A DNA stretch of 64,000 nt. It comes from an uncultured Gemmatimonadaceae bacterium (lineage in GTDB: Bacteria; Gemmatimonadota; Gemmatimonadetes; Gemmatimonadales; Gemmatimonadaceae). Each line of letters begins with the position of its first letter. Position 1 is the first letter of the stretch. Position numbers and translations under genes: made by a program. A model generated the notes under the pieces. It was not told the origin of the DNA and ran no database searches. It worked only from the letters and a program-made list of their open reading frames with translations. The DNA lies in NCBI GenBank assembly GCA_963716745.1, contig OY970320.1, positions 2,144,001 to 2,208,000 on the forward strand, given 5' to 3'. Positions 9,584 to 19,691 of the stretch are shown piece by piece.

Positions 9584-11610
9584 TCACGATCCGCCGGGGC
9601 CCTTTCCCGAGCCCGCCTCCAGCTGCTGAGCGAGCTCCCTGGCGGCCGTGACCGGCATGTCGCACGAATAATTCCGGCACACGTAGGCCGTGGCGACGCC
9701 GCCGAGCATTAGGCGGTCCTTAAGGAGCGCCGTTACCGGCGGATCACTCGGCGCTGCGCACGCCAGTACGAGTGACGGCAGGTAGTGTTGGGATACCTGT
9801 TCGAGCAGCGCGCGCGTGTCCGCCGCATTCGGGTCCCCCACGATCGCGATCTCGAGCGCGCCGTTGAGTGAAAGCTCGGCCGCGCCCAACAGGTGCCCGA
9901 ACGCCGGCCCGTATCGCGCCATCGGCTCGGCCAGCGTGTCGAGCACCCACGCCGCGCGGCGCCGGTAGTCGCGGCGGTCGTCCACTTCCGCGATCCTGAG
10001 GAGCAGCTCGACGGCGAGCGACGTGCCCGACGGCACCGCGTTGTCGGTCACCTCGCGTGGGCGTGTGATCAGACGTTTCGGCATCGCGCGCGGTGTCGAA
10101 GAACGCTCCCGCCGCCTCGTCCCAGAACCACTCGTTCATCGACTCTGCGATGTCCCGCGCGCGCGTGAGCCAGACGGGATCGAACGTGAGTTCGTACAAG
10201 GCGAGCGCGGCGAGGCCCACCGCCGCGTAGTCCTCCAGGAAGCCGCCGATCGCGGTGGTGCCGTCAGTACGTACGCGCATCACGCGGTGGTCTCGCACCA
10301 TCTCCCTGAACAGGAATTCCCCGTTCTGCACGGCCAGCGCGCGGTAGTCCGCGCGCCCGAAGATCCGCGCGCAGTCGGCGACGGCGCGCAACATGAGGCC
10401 GTTCCACGCGGCGAGTACCTTTTCGTCACGGCCGGGGCGCACGCGGTTCGCACGCGCGGCGAGCAGCGCGGCGCGGGCACGGACCACGGTCGCATTCGCC
10501 GCGGGCTGGCCGGCCACGAACAGGATGTTCTCGCCCTCGAAATTCCCGCCGGACGTGACTCCGAAGTGCGCTTTCATCGCCAGCGCATCGGCGCCGAGTG
10601 CCGCGTCGATCTCGCGCTCGCTCCACACGTAGAACTTGCCTTCGTGTCCTTCGCTGTCGGCGTCGAGGCTCGAGTAGAACCCGCCTTCGGATGACAGCAT
10701 CTCGCGGCGCACCCACTCGATGGTCTCCTGGGCCGCGGCGAGACATTCGGCGTCGCCCGTGGCCTGCCAGAGATGCGCGCCGAGGCGCGCGTAGAGCGCG
10801 TTGTCGTACAGCATCTTCTCGAAGTGCGGCACCAGCCAGATCGCATCGACCGTGTAGCGGTGGATGCCGCCGCCGAGCTGGTCCGTGATGCCGCCGCGCG
10901 CCATGGCGAGAAACGACTGGCGCGCGATCTCGAGCGCGTGCGCATCGCCGGTTCGCCGCCAGCGGCGCAGCGCGGCGTCGAGCGACATCGTTTGCGGGAA
11001 TTTCGGCGCGCCTTCGAAGCCGCCGTGTTTCGCATCGTAACGCTCGGCGATCGAGGTCCACGCGCGGTCGAGCGTCGCGGCGGTGAGCGGGCCGGTGGAC
11101 TGCGCGGGATCGGCGGCGTGGGTGTAGAGATCGCGCACGCGCTGCGTGGTGGCGTCCACGTCGCCGCGTCGTTCGCGGTAGGCGTCGGACACCGACTTCA
11201 GCACGCGCGTGAAGCTCGGCATGCCGTGGCGGTCCTCAGGCGGATAGTACGTGCCGCCGAAGAAGGGCACGCCATCCGGCGTGAGGAACACCGTCATCGG
11301 CCAGCCACCGTGGCCGGTCATGGCTTGGACAGCGGTCATGTAGATCGCGTCAAGATCAGGGCGCTCTTCGCGGTCCACTTTGATGTTGACGAATCGTTCG
11401 TTCATGAGCGCGGCGGTCGCTTCGTTCTCGAAGGACTCGTGCGCCATGACGTGGCACCAGTGGCACGCTGCAATAGCCAATACTCAAGAGTATCGGCTTG
11501 TCGGATTCCTTCGCGCGTGCCAAGGCCTCCGCGCTCCATTCGTTCCAATGGACCGGGTTCCCGGCGTGTTGGCGGAGATAGGGGCTGCTACTCTGCCCAA
11601 GCTTGTTCAC
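9584..11610 (-). CDS. Thioredoxin domain-containing protein, YyaL/SSP411 family (frameshifts near 11475 and 10075)
   Basis: [78 protein letters not shown]. Confidence 0.92.
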
Positions 11611-11612
11611 GT

Positions 11613-11638
11613 TCGGGATTCGGGGCTCGGGACTCGCT
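11613..11638. repeat. Heptamer repeat arm (cgggatt/cggggct/cgggact)
   Basis: cgggattcggggctcgggactcgc; the reverse complement closely matches 62553-62580. Confidence 0.6.
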
Positions 11639-11678
11639 GGGGAGTAGTGAGTGCGCTCATCAATCGGTAAGTTGCTCC

Positions 11679-12056
11679 ATGCTCTTCGGGATCGCAGTGG
11701 GCGGCGCGGCGGGGACGCTGGCGCGCTGGTGGTTGGGCGGGCTCGCGCAGCGATACAGCATCGCGTTCCCCTATGGGACGCTCACGATCAATGTAACCGG
11801 GTCGCTGCTGCTGGGGTTCCTCGTGCGCTACATGCTCGCGACGCCGGCGAGTCCCGAGTTGCGCGCCGCGCTCACGATCGGATTCTGCGGCGGGTACACC
11901 ACCTTCTCGACATTCAGCTATGAGGCGGCGGCGCTGCTCGAGAGCGGCAGCTATGCGCGCGCCTTCACGTACATGGCGGCGAGCGTTCTCCTTTCGCTGG
12001 CCGCGACATTCGCGGGGTTCGCGATCGCGCGCGCGGTGCTCGCGCCGCGCGGCTGA
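11679..12056 (+). CDS. crcB: Fluoride efflux channel CrcB/Fluc
   Basis: [39 protein letters not shown] motifs. Confidence 0.95.
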   Translation: MLFGIAVGGAAGTLARWWLGGLAQRYSIAFPYGTLTINVTGSLLLGFLVRYMLATPASPELRAALTIGFCGGYTTFSTFSYEAAALLESGSYARAFTYMAASVLLSLAATFAGFAIARAVLAPRG

Positions 12057-12073
12057 CCCCAGGGAGACGACCC

Positions 12074-12418
12074 ATGCACGGACTGTCCGGAGAGCGCGTG
12101 CTCATGCGCATCCATATCGGCGAATCGGACCGCTGGAAAGGGAAGCCGCTCGAAGAGGCGATCGTGAACGTGCTGCGCGAGCGCGGGCTCGCGGGCGCGA
12201 CGGTGTTCCGCGGGATCCTGGGCTTCGGCGCCACGGCGCGCGTGCACACCGAGAAGATCCTGCGGTTGTCCGTGGACCTGCCGGTGGTCGTGGAGTGCGT
12301 CGACACGAAGGAGCAGATCGACGCCATCCTGCCGGTGCTCGATGAGATGATCGGCGGCGGGCTGATCACGCTGGAGAAGGTGCAGGTGATCGCGTACCGG
12401 CCGGGCGAGAAGAAGTGA
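12074..12418 (+). CDS. DUF190 domain protein (PII-like)
   Basis: RIHIGESDRWKGKPL, LAGATVFRGILGFG, LSVDLPVVVE; commonly adjacent to crcB. Confidence 0.9.
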   Translation: MHGLSGERVLMRIHIGESDRWKGKPLEEAIVNVLRERGLAGATVFRGILGFGATARVHTEKILRLSVDLPVVVECVDTKEQIDAILPVLDEMIGGGLITLEKVQVIAYRPGEKK

Positions 12419-13647
12419 CCTGGCCGGCACTCCGGCCGTTGCGCCGGTGGGCGTGGCCGGCGGCTGTTTCCGCGCTGCTTCTGCTCATGTGGCCATTCGC
12501 CCGATATCCGCTCGCGGGCGCCGGGCCATACGATGCGCAGCTCGTTCGGCCTGCGCTCTACGTGATCCTCGCCCCGATGAGCAATGTGCTGGACGCTCTC
12601 TCGTTGCTGTCGGTGCCGCAGCTCATCGCGTTGGGCGTGTCGCTCATCGCGTGGTATACGGTGTGGCGCGTCGCGCGATGGCGGATCTCGGGCACGAATG
12701 CGTGGTGCGAGTTCTGCGTCGGCGTGCGCGCGCTGCTGCTCCTCATACTCACGGTGCTCCTCGCCGCCGTAATGCCCAGGCCCATGGCGCGCCTCGCGAT
12801 GCTGAACCGCGACGACCTTGTGCTCGACGTCCATAGTCACACGAACTTCTCGCACGACGCGCGCGCGTCGTTCACGGTGCAAGACAATCGCGCGTGGCAC
12901 CGCGCCGCCGGGTTCGACGTCGCGTACATCACCGACCACCGCTGCTTCGATGGCGCTGCCGAGGGGCTGCGCGGCAATCCGAAACTCGCCGGCGACGGCA
13001 CGGTGCTCCTCAGCGGCATCGAACTGCCGCCCGATGAGTCGCATCTCGTCGTACTCGAACCACCAAACGCGGCGGCGCCGGCTGCGCTCTTCGACCCATG
13101 GTGCGTGCGCGCCACGGCCGGCCGCGCGCTCGCAACCTGGCCGGTGCGCATCCAGACGATCCCCGAAGATTTCACGAGGCTACGACTCGCGCTGGCGGCC
13201 TCGGACACCAGCGTCACCGGCATCGAGATGTCGGATGGCGCGCCGCGAGGGATCGCGCAGGCTCAACGCGATCGCGTCGAGATCCTAGGCTATGCGCACA
13301 CGTATCACCTCGCGCTCCTCGCAGGCTCTAACAATCACGGCTGGGGCCGGACCGCCGTCGCATGGACTGTGATGCGCATCCCGGGATGGCGCGCGCTCAC
13401 TCCCGATTCCCTCGGCGCCACGATCGAGCGGAAGATCCGCACGCAGCGCGATCTCGCGTCGCACGTGATCGAACGCCGCGCAGTGTACGGCCCGCCCGAG
13501 CCGTCGGCGTGGCTGCTCATGGCGCCGGAAGTGGCGCTCAACATGGGCATCACGATCACGCCCTGGGAGCGCGTCTCGTGGATCGTGTGGGCTTGGTCGA
13601 TCGCTCTCATCGCAGCCGTCGTGCCGCGCAGGGAGTGGAAGACGTGA
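12415..13647 (+). CDS. Membrane protein with PHP-like metallo-hydrolase domain
   Basis: N-terminal TM helices then DVHSHTNFSHD, ITDH, SGIE, GSNNH. Confidence 0.7.
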   Translation: MTWPALRPLRRWAWPAAVSALLLLMWPFARYPLAGAGPYDAQLVRPALYVILAPMSNVLDALSLLSVPQLIALGVSLIAWYTVWRVARWRISGTNAWCEFCVGVRALLLLILTVLLAAVMPRPMARLAMLNRDDLVLDVHSHTNFSHDARASFTVQDNRAWHRAAGFDVAYITDHRCFDGAAEGLRGNPKLAGDGTVLLSGIELPPDESHLVVLEPPNAAAPAALFDPWCVRATAGRALATWPVRIQTIPEDFTRLRLALAASDTSVTGIEMSDGAPRGIAQAQRDRVEILGYAHTYHLALLAGSNNHGWGRTAVAWTVMRIPGWRALTPDSLGATIERKIRTQRDLASHVIERRAVYGPPEPSAWLLMAPEVALNMGITITPWERVSWIVWAWSIALIAAVVPRREWKT

Positions 13648-15155
13648 CACCCGGCAATCGCTCCTCGCCCATCACGATCGCGATCGGCGTCGCTGTCGCG
13701 GCGTTCGGCCTCCGCCTCGCGATGGCCGCGATCATCACGCCGTTCCCCGACGAGACCTACTATTGGGAGTGGTCGCGCCGCCTGGCCGGCGGATTCTTCG
13801 ATCACCCGCCCGGCATCGCGGTCGCCATCCGCGCGGGCACGGCGATTTTCGGCAATACCGCGTTCGGCATTCGGGTGGTCCCGGTGCTGCTAGGGCTCAT
13901 CGCGGTGCTCTCGGTGATCGAGCTGGCGCGCCGGCTAGCCGGCGACGACGGAGCGCTGCGCGCCTCGATCGTGCTCGCCTGTCTCCCGCTCGCGGGCGCC
14001 GGCCTCGTGCTCGCCACGCCCGATGCGCCATTGCTTTGCTTCAGCGCGCTCGCGCTCCTCTGCATCGAGCGCGCTGTGAGCGATGAGACGGCGCCCCGCT
14101 CCGCACTCGCGTGGTGGGCGCTCGCCGGCCTCGCCTGCGGCGCGGCGATGGCCTCGAAATACACCGGCGTGCTGCTCCCAGTGTTCACGCTCATCGCCAT
14201 CGTCGCGATCCCATCGCTGCGCCGCCAGCTCGCGACACCCGGACCGTACCTCGCCGTCGCGCTCGCGTCGCTCGTCATGATCCCCGTGCTCCGGTGGAAC
14301 GCGCACCACGACTGGATATCGTTCCGCTTCCAGCTCGCACACGGCCTCGGCCCCGTCCGCGGCACGGGGATCAAGCGCGAGGGCGATCTGCTCGGCGGAC
14401 AACTCGGACTCGTCACGCCGATTCTATTCGCGATGATGGCAGTTGCGGTGGGCCGTGCGCTCAAGCCGATGCACGATGCACGAAGAACAATGTTCGCATC
14501 GATCTCAACACTCACGTTCCTGTTCTTCGTCTATAGTGCGTGGCGCCGTCCCGCCGAAGCGAATTGGCCGGCGCCCGCGTACATCCCGGCACTCGCGTTG
14601 CTCGCGGCATACCCCGAGTCGAGCACGTGGAAGAAATGGCTCACCGCGGGTTGCGTGCTCGGCGCGATCATCGTGATCGCGACTTACATCCAAGCCGTTG
14701 CGCCCGTCTTCCCGATCGCAGCGCGCAAGGATCCCATGGCGCGCGCCGCCGGGTTCAACGAGCTCGGTACGCGTGTCGCGACACTGCGAGATTCTGTCGC
14801 ACGCGGTGGCACGCCGGCGCTCGTCGCCGCGCAGAAATACCAGGATGCGTCTGAACTCGCCTGGTGGATGCCCGGTCATCCTGATATCCTCTCCATCAAC
14901 ACCGGCTATCGCGCGAATCAGTACGATCTGTGGCCGCAGTTGCGCGATCGCGCGGAGAGCGGCAGCGCACTCATTGTCGTGGGGCCGGCGGACGGCGCCG
15001 ATTCGCTGATCGCGATGAATCCCGGTCTCACGGCGCTCGCGCTGCACTACAAGCAGGTCACGCTGCTCGGCATTTTCGATCTCGGCCGCGGCGGCTCGGT
15101 CCGGGAACGGAAACGCATCTGGCTGCTCGATCCTCTCACCAGTCCATTGCCATGA
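13644..15155 (+). CDS. Glycosyltransferase family 39 / ArnT-like membrane protein
   Basis: PDETYYWEWSRRLAGGFFDHPPG, ATPDAPL, SKYTG, WNAHHDWISFRFQ, ANWPAPAY. Confidence 0.88.
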   Translation: MTPGNRSSPITIAIGVAVAAFGLRLAMAAIITPFPDETYYWEWSRRLAGGFFDHPPGIAVAIRAGTAIFGNTAFGIRVVPVLLGLIAVLSVIELARRLAGDDGALRASIVLACLPLAGAGLVLATPDAPLLCFSALALLCIERAVSDETAPRSALAWWALAGLACGAAMASKYTGVLLPVFTLIAIVAIPSLRRQLATPGPYLAVALASLVMIPVLRWNAHHDWISFRFQLAHGLGPVRGTGIKREGDLLGGQLGLVTPILFAMMAVAVGRALKPMHDARRTMFASISTLTFLFFVYSAWRRPAEANWPAPAYIPALALLAAYPESSTWKKWLTAGCVLGAIIVIATYIQAVAPVFPIAARKDPMARAAGFNELGTRVATLRDSVARGGTPALVAAQKYQDASELAWWMPGHPDILSINTGYRANQYDLWPQLRDRAESGSALIVVGPADGADSLIAMNPGLTALALHYKQVTLLGIFDLGRGGSVRERKRIWLLDPLTSPLP

Positions 15156-16531
15156 CGTCACAACTCGCCCCCGATCTCGAAGCGTTCCTCGCGAAGAACG
15201 ACAAGAAGTCGCACGAGGAACTGTTCGAGCTGCTGCGCATCCCGAGCGTCAGCGCGCGCTCGGAGCACACGCCCGACATCAGGAAATGCGCCGAGTGGGT
15301 GAAGGCGGCGATCAAGACGGCGGGCATGAAAGCCGAGATCATGGAGACGGGCGGCCATCCCGTGGTGCTGGGCGAATGGCGCGGGGCGGGGGAGAAGGCG
15401 CCCACCGTGCTCGTGTACGGTCACTACGACGTACAGCCCGCGGAGCCGCTCGACCTGTGGACGACGCCGCCCTTCGAGCCGGTGATCCGCGACGGACGCA
15501 TCTACGCGCGCGGCTCGGTGGACGACAAAGGGCAGCTATTCCTGCACATCAAGGCGATCCAGGCGCATTTGACCGCGCGCGGCAAGCTGCCGGTGAACAT
15601 GATCCTGCTGGCCGAGGGCGAAGAGGAAGTGGGCAGCGAGAATCTCGAGAAGTTCATCGAGAAGCATTCCGAGCGTTTGGCGTGCGACTATGTGGTGATC
15701 TCGGACTCGTCGATGTTCGCGCCGGGACTGCCGAGCATTCTGAGTTCGCTGCGCGGGCTCGCGTACTTCCAGATCGACGTGCAGGGCGCGGAAGGCGATC
15801 TGCATTCGGGGAGTTACGGCGGCGCCGTGGGGAATCCGGCCACCGCGCTCGCGCGGATCATCGCGAGCTTCCACGACGCCGACGGTCACATCGCGATCGC
15901 GGGATTCTATGACAAGGTGCGCGCCTGGGACGCCGCGTCGCGCGAGGCGCTGCGCAAGCTGCCGTTCAGCGAGAAGACCTTCCTGGAGGAAGCGACCGCG
16001 CCGAGTGCCGTGGGAGAGAAGGGGTACTCGACGCTCGAGCGCGTGTGGTCGCGTCCGACGTGCGAGGTGAACGGATTATTGAGCGGCTACACGGGCGAGG
16101 GCGCGAAGACCGTGCTCCCGGCGAAAGCGATGGCGAAGGTGAGCTGCCGTTTGGTGCCCGATCAGTCGCCCACCGAGATCGAGCAATTGATGAAGGCGCA
16201 CATCAAGCGCGTGACCCCGCCCGGCGTGAGCGTGAGCGTGCAGCATTTGCACGGCGGCCGTCCGTGGCGCGCGGAATTGAACGGTCCGCTCTTCGACGCC
16301 GCACGCCGCGCGCTCAAGACGGCGTTCGCGAAGGAGCCGGTGATCGTCGGCGAGGGTGGATCGATCCCTGTTGTCGGCGATTTCCAGCGCGTGCTCGGGG
16401 CGCCGGTATTACTCGTAGGATTCGGCTTGCCCGGGGAGAATGCGCATGCGCCGAATGAGTGGATGAGTGATGAGAATTTTGTGAAGGGGATGAGGGCGAT
16501 CGCGGCGTTGTGGGATGAACTCACGGCGTGA
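15152..16531 (+). CDS. M20 family dipeptidase
   Basis: YGHYDVQP, ARGSVDDKGQ, EGEEEVGS, DLHSG, GEGGSIP, AHAPNE. Confidence 0.95.
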   Translation: MTSQLAPDLEAFLAKNDKKSHEELFELLRIPSVSARSEHTPDIRKCAEWVKAAIKTAGMKAEIMETGGHPVVLGEWRGAGEKAPTVLVYGHYDVQPAEPLDLWTTPPFEPVIRDGRIYARGSVDDKGQLFLHIKAIQAHLTARGKLPVNMILLAEGEEEVGSENLEKFIEKHSERLACDYVVISDSSMFAPGLPSILSSLRGLAYFQIDVQGAEGDLHSGSYGGAVGNPATALARIIASFHDADGHIAIAGFYDKVRAWDAASREALRKLPFSEKTFLEEATAPSAVGEKGYSTLERVWSRPTCEVNGLLSGYTGEGAKTVLPAKAMAKVSCRLVPDQSPTEIEQLMKAHIKRVTPPGVSVSVQHLHGGRPWRAELNGPLFDAARRALKTAFAKEPVIVGEGGSIPVVGDFQRVLGAPVLLVGFGLPGENAHAPNEWMSDENFVKGMRAIAALWDELTA

Positions 16532-16803
16532 ACTGCTAACTACTGTCACCTGCACGCTTCACGTCGCAGTCAACAGCAAACAGTCACGAGTGACTGCCAG
16601 TCTACAGTCAACAGCTCACAGTTCACAGAAAACACTTCAATGCGACAGCGGGCCTCTCGATCCTGAATCGGAATCGAGAGGCCCGCTCGCTACATGATCC
16701 GTTTTCTGTGACCTGTTGACTGGTGACTGTCGACTGGCAGGTACTCGTGACTGTTTGCTGTTGACTGCAATGTTAAGCGTGCAAGTGACAGTAGTTAGTA
16801 GTT
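16531..16803. repeat. 273-bp imperfect palindrome with heptamer-like arms and central GC-rich hairpin (likely bidirectional terminator)
   Basis: aactgctaactactgtcacctgcacgctt... pairs with ...aagcgtgcaagtgacagtagttagtagtt; central agcgggcctctcgat...atcgagaggcccgct; fills the whole gap between two convergent stops. Confidence 0.92.
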
Positions 16804-18336
16804 AGAGCCCCGAGAGAAGCGCATCATTATTCGTCGTCGCCCCGATTCTCTTGATCAACCACTCCATCGCCGCCTGCGGCGGCATTTGCCCCAATCCGCG
16901 ACGCAACGTATACACCGCATCGATCTGATCGGGCCGGAAAAGCTTTTCTTCCTTCCGCGTACCAGAAGTCGCAATATCGATCGCAGGATAGATCCGCTTC
17001 TCCGCGAGCGAGCGATCGAGCTTGATCTCGCAATTGCCCGTACCCTTGAATTCCTCGAAGATCACGTCGTCCATGCGCGAACCGGTCTCCACGAGCGCGG
17101 TGGCGATGATCGTGAGCGAGCCGCCGCCGTTCTCCGGCGCCACGCAGCGCGCCGATCCGAAGAAGGCTTTGGGCTTGGCCATCGCCGTCGCATCGAGCCC
17201 GCCCGACAGCGTGCGGCCCGTGCCGCGCTCCACGGAGTTGTACGCGCGCGCCATGCGCGTGAGCGAGTCGAGCACGATCACCACATCGCGCCCGCTCTCC
17301 ACCAGCCGCCGCGCGCGCTCCAGCACCATCTCCGTCACCTCGGTGTGCCGCTCGGCCGGCTGATCGAAGCTCGACGCGATCACTTCGCCGCGTCCCCACG
17401 AGATCATCTCGCTCACTTCTTCGGGCCGCTCGTCCACGAGCAGCACCAGCAGCGCCGCCTCGGGATGATTCAGCGCCACGCCCTCGGTGATCGCCTGCAG
17501 CAGCATCGTCTTGCCGGCGCGCGCGGGCGCCACGATCAGCGCGCGCTGGCCGTAGCCGATCGGGGCGATGAGATCGATCGCGCGCCGTGTGAGCTCCGGG
17601 CCGCCCTTCGCGGGCCGTCCGGTCTCGAGCGTCAATTTGCGGTCAGGATACGAGGCGATGAGCGCGGTGAAATCGGCGCGCTTGAGCGCCAGCGCTGGAT
17701 CGCCTTCGTTGATCGTGAGGATCTCGGCGACCACGGTGCGGCCGCGATGATCGTGCCCGGTGCTCGCTTCGATCAGGTCGCCGCGGCGCAGCGCGAACTG
17801 CCGCACCACATGCAGCGGAACGAACGCGTCGTCGGCGTCGGGAGGTAACTCTCGGCGGCGCGGCGAATGTATCCGCCGTCGCGGCCGGCATCGAACCAAC
17901 CCACCGTGGCGCCATCCGCGACGATCGGCACCGGGGGGCCAGAAGGCACGTGCTGCTGATTCTGATTCTGCTGCTGATCAGGGCGGGGTCCGCCGCGCCC
18001 GCGTCCGCGCCGTCCGCGGCGCCCGTTATTGCGTTCGTTGTGCTGCGGTCGATGCTGGTGGCGCGGCTGCTGCTGGCCGCCCGTATTCATCTCTCCACCG
18101 CCGCCGCCTCCCCCTCCACTCTCCGAAGGCCCCGCGCCCTCGCCGCCGCCCGTCGCATCGGGAGCGCCTTGCTCCGTTTTCACGACGAATGGGCCGCCGC
18201 CGCTCTCGTTGGACGGAGTAGGCTGGTCGTCGCGGTACGGACTCGATTCCATGTTCGGATCACGGTTAGGGTCGCGATTCGGCCGGTGCGGTCTATTCCC
18301 GCGGCCGCGCCGTGGCGGGCGTCTGCGTTCGTTCAT
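16802..18336 (-). CDS. rho: Transcription termination factor Rho with long low-complexity N-terminus (frameshift near 17840)
   Basis: APIGYGQRALIVAPARAGKT, LLVDERPEEV, LDSLTRMARAYN, TALVETGSRMDDVIFEEFKGTGN, SGTRKEE; N-terminus lies in ORF 17773-18555 from ATG 18336. Confidence 0.93.
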
Positions 18337-18695
18337 GCTTCGTGGCTGTCTGCTGGAAGGTGTGCGTCGCGCAGCGCCGCGCCGTCCCGATTGGACGGAT
18401 GCCGGCCGCGCCTCGTACTTCGATGTGTTGCTGCGATGTGGTGCACGGACTAAGGAACTGTGGGCCCGCGGGGCGCGGACACTACACGCGCGCTCCGGGT
18501 TGCGACCAGCCTTGGTGCATTGCGCGACGCTCACTTTGCGAGCGCCAGGCGGCACCTACTGGGCCCTGCGAATCTGACTGGGATGGCCGACGGTCACCAG
18601 CTCCGCGGCCCCCTCAATTCTCGCCACTCTCGCGCGATTCCGCAACACCCAACCGGTTCGAGCCCTCTCACCGAACAGGCACCGGAAAGCACGCA

Positions 18696-18956
18696 CTACC
18701 TTGGTATCTTCTCTCCCACCGCCCGCTCGAGATCGCGCACCAGCCCGATGATGCGGCGCATGATGTCGATCATGCGATCCACCGCCGCGCCCTGCTCGGG
18801 ACCCAGTCCCGGCTCGGTGCGCAGTAACTGCGCCTCGGCCAAGAGCGCGGCCAGCGGATTGTTGAGCTGATGCTGCACGAGCGCCGTCAGCCGTTGCAAC
18901 TCAGGCGACGAGAGCGGCTCCTTCCCATCGGACGAGGCTTCTTTGGACGGCGTCAC
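18696..18956 (-). CDS. Stand-alone HisKA (dimerization/phospho-acceptor) domain protein, 86 aa
   Basis: H-box VQHQLNNPLAALLAEAQLL followed by a second helix; strong SD gaggagg before GTG at 18956; no ATPase domain. Confidence 0.75.
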   Translation of the reverse strand: MTPSKEASSDGKEPLSSPELQRLTALVQHQLNNPLAALLAEAQLLRTEPGLGPEQGAAVDRMIDIMRRIIGLVRDLERAVGEKIPR

Positions 18957-19001
18957 GCGCGGTGCCTCCTCACGGGTCAGTACTATATCTTCAGGACACT
19001 C

Positions 19002-19602
19002 ATGGGTTCCCCGAGGATACCGGGCGGCACGGCCGCCGAGATCGCGCGCGCTGTCGAGAGCTACCGCGAGACGAACGATTTCTCCGTGCTGCTCGACGAA
19101 TTGCTCGCCATCTCCGCGGATGCCGACCTCGACGAACTCATCGCAGCGGTGGAGCCGTATCGCACCATTCCGGAGATCGCGGGCCCCGTGTACGAACGCG
19201 TGGTCGCCGAGCGGCCCAACGATGCGCGCGCGCTCGTGACGCTCGCGAACTCGTACTGGCTGAGCGGCCGCGGCGCGGAGGCGACGGGTGAGCTTGCTGC
19301 GCGCGCGATGGCCGCCGATCCGGAGAATCGTGCCGCGTGGCATTCTGTGGGCCCTCACTGAGCCGGAGCCGCGCGAACGCATGATGCGCTGGAAACAAGT
19401 GACGGAACGATTCCCCACCGACGATCTCGCGCGCGCGACGCTCGCCGATGCCGCCGCGAGCGTCGCCGGCGCCGAGCGCGATCGCGAAGCGCTGCAACTC
19501 GCGATCCGTTCGTACGATCAGCTGCTTCGAACCGCCGGCGCCCCGGAACAGAAGGCGGCCCTTGAGTCGGCACTCACTACTCTGCGGGCGTGGAATCTCT
19601 GA
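19002..19602 (+). CDS. Helical/TPR-like hypothetical protein (frameshift near 19345)
   Basis: MGSPRIPGG...YERVVAERPNDARALVTLANSYW...AADPENRAAW, continuing LWALTEPEPRERMMRW in another frame. Confidence 0.7.
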
Positions 19603-19604
19603 AC

Positions 19605-19690
19605 GACAGACTGAGACGTTAGACCTAGACGCTAGCATGCGACGATAGAACGCAGTCTAACGTCTAAGTCTGACGTCTCAGTCTGTAGTA
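19605..19690. repeat. Family A heptamer palindrome between convergent genes
   Basis: acagactgagacgttagacctagacgctag...ctaacgtctaagtctgacgtctcagtctgt. Confidence 0.85.
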
Positions 19691-19691
19691 T

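Noticed and set aside
11611..11678. Fluoride riboswitch upstream of crcB
   Set aside because: Only a 68-bp gap with a heptamer arm and a weak hairpin; the GGCGATGG...TGA consensus core is not present.
16515..16697. 60-aa ORF after the dipeptidase, and similar small ORFs over palindromes (4368-4786, 59096-59738)
   Set aside because: They lie within inverted-repeat DNA, with atypical codon usage and no RBS.
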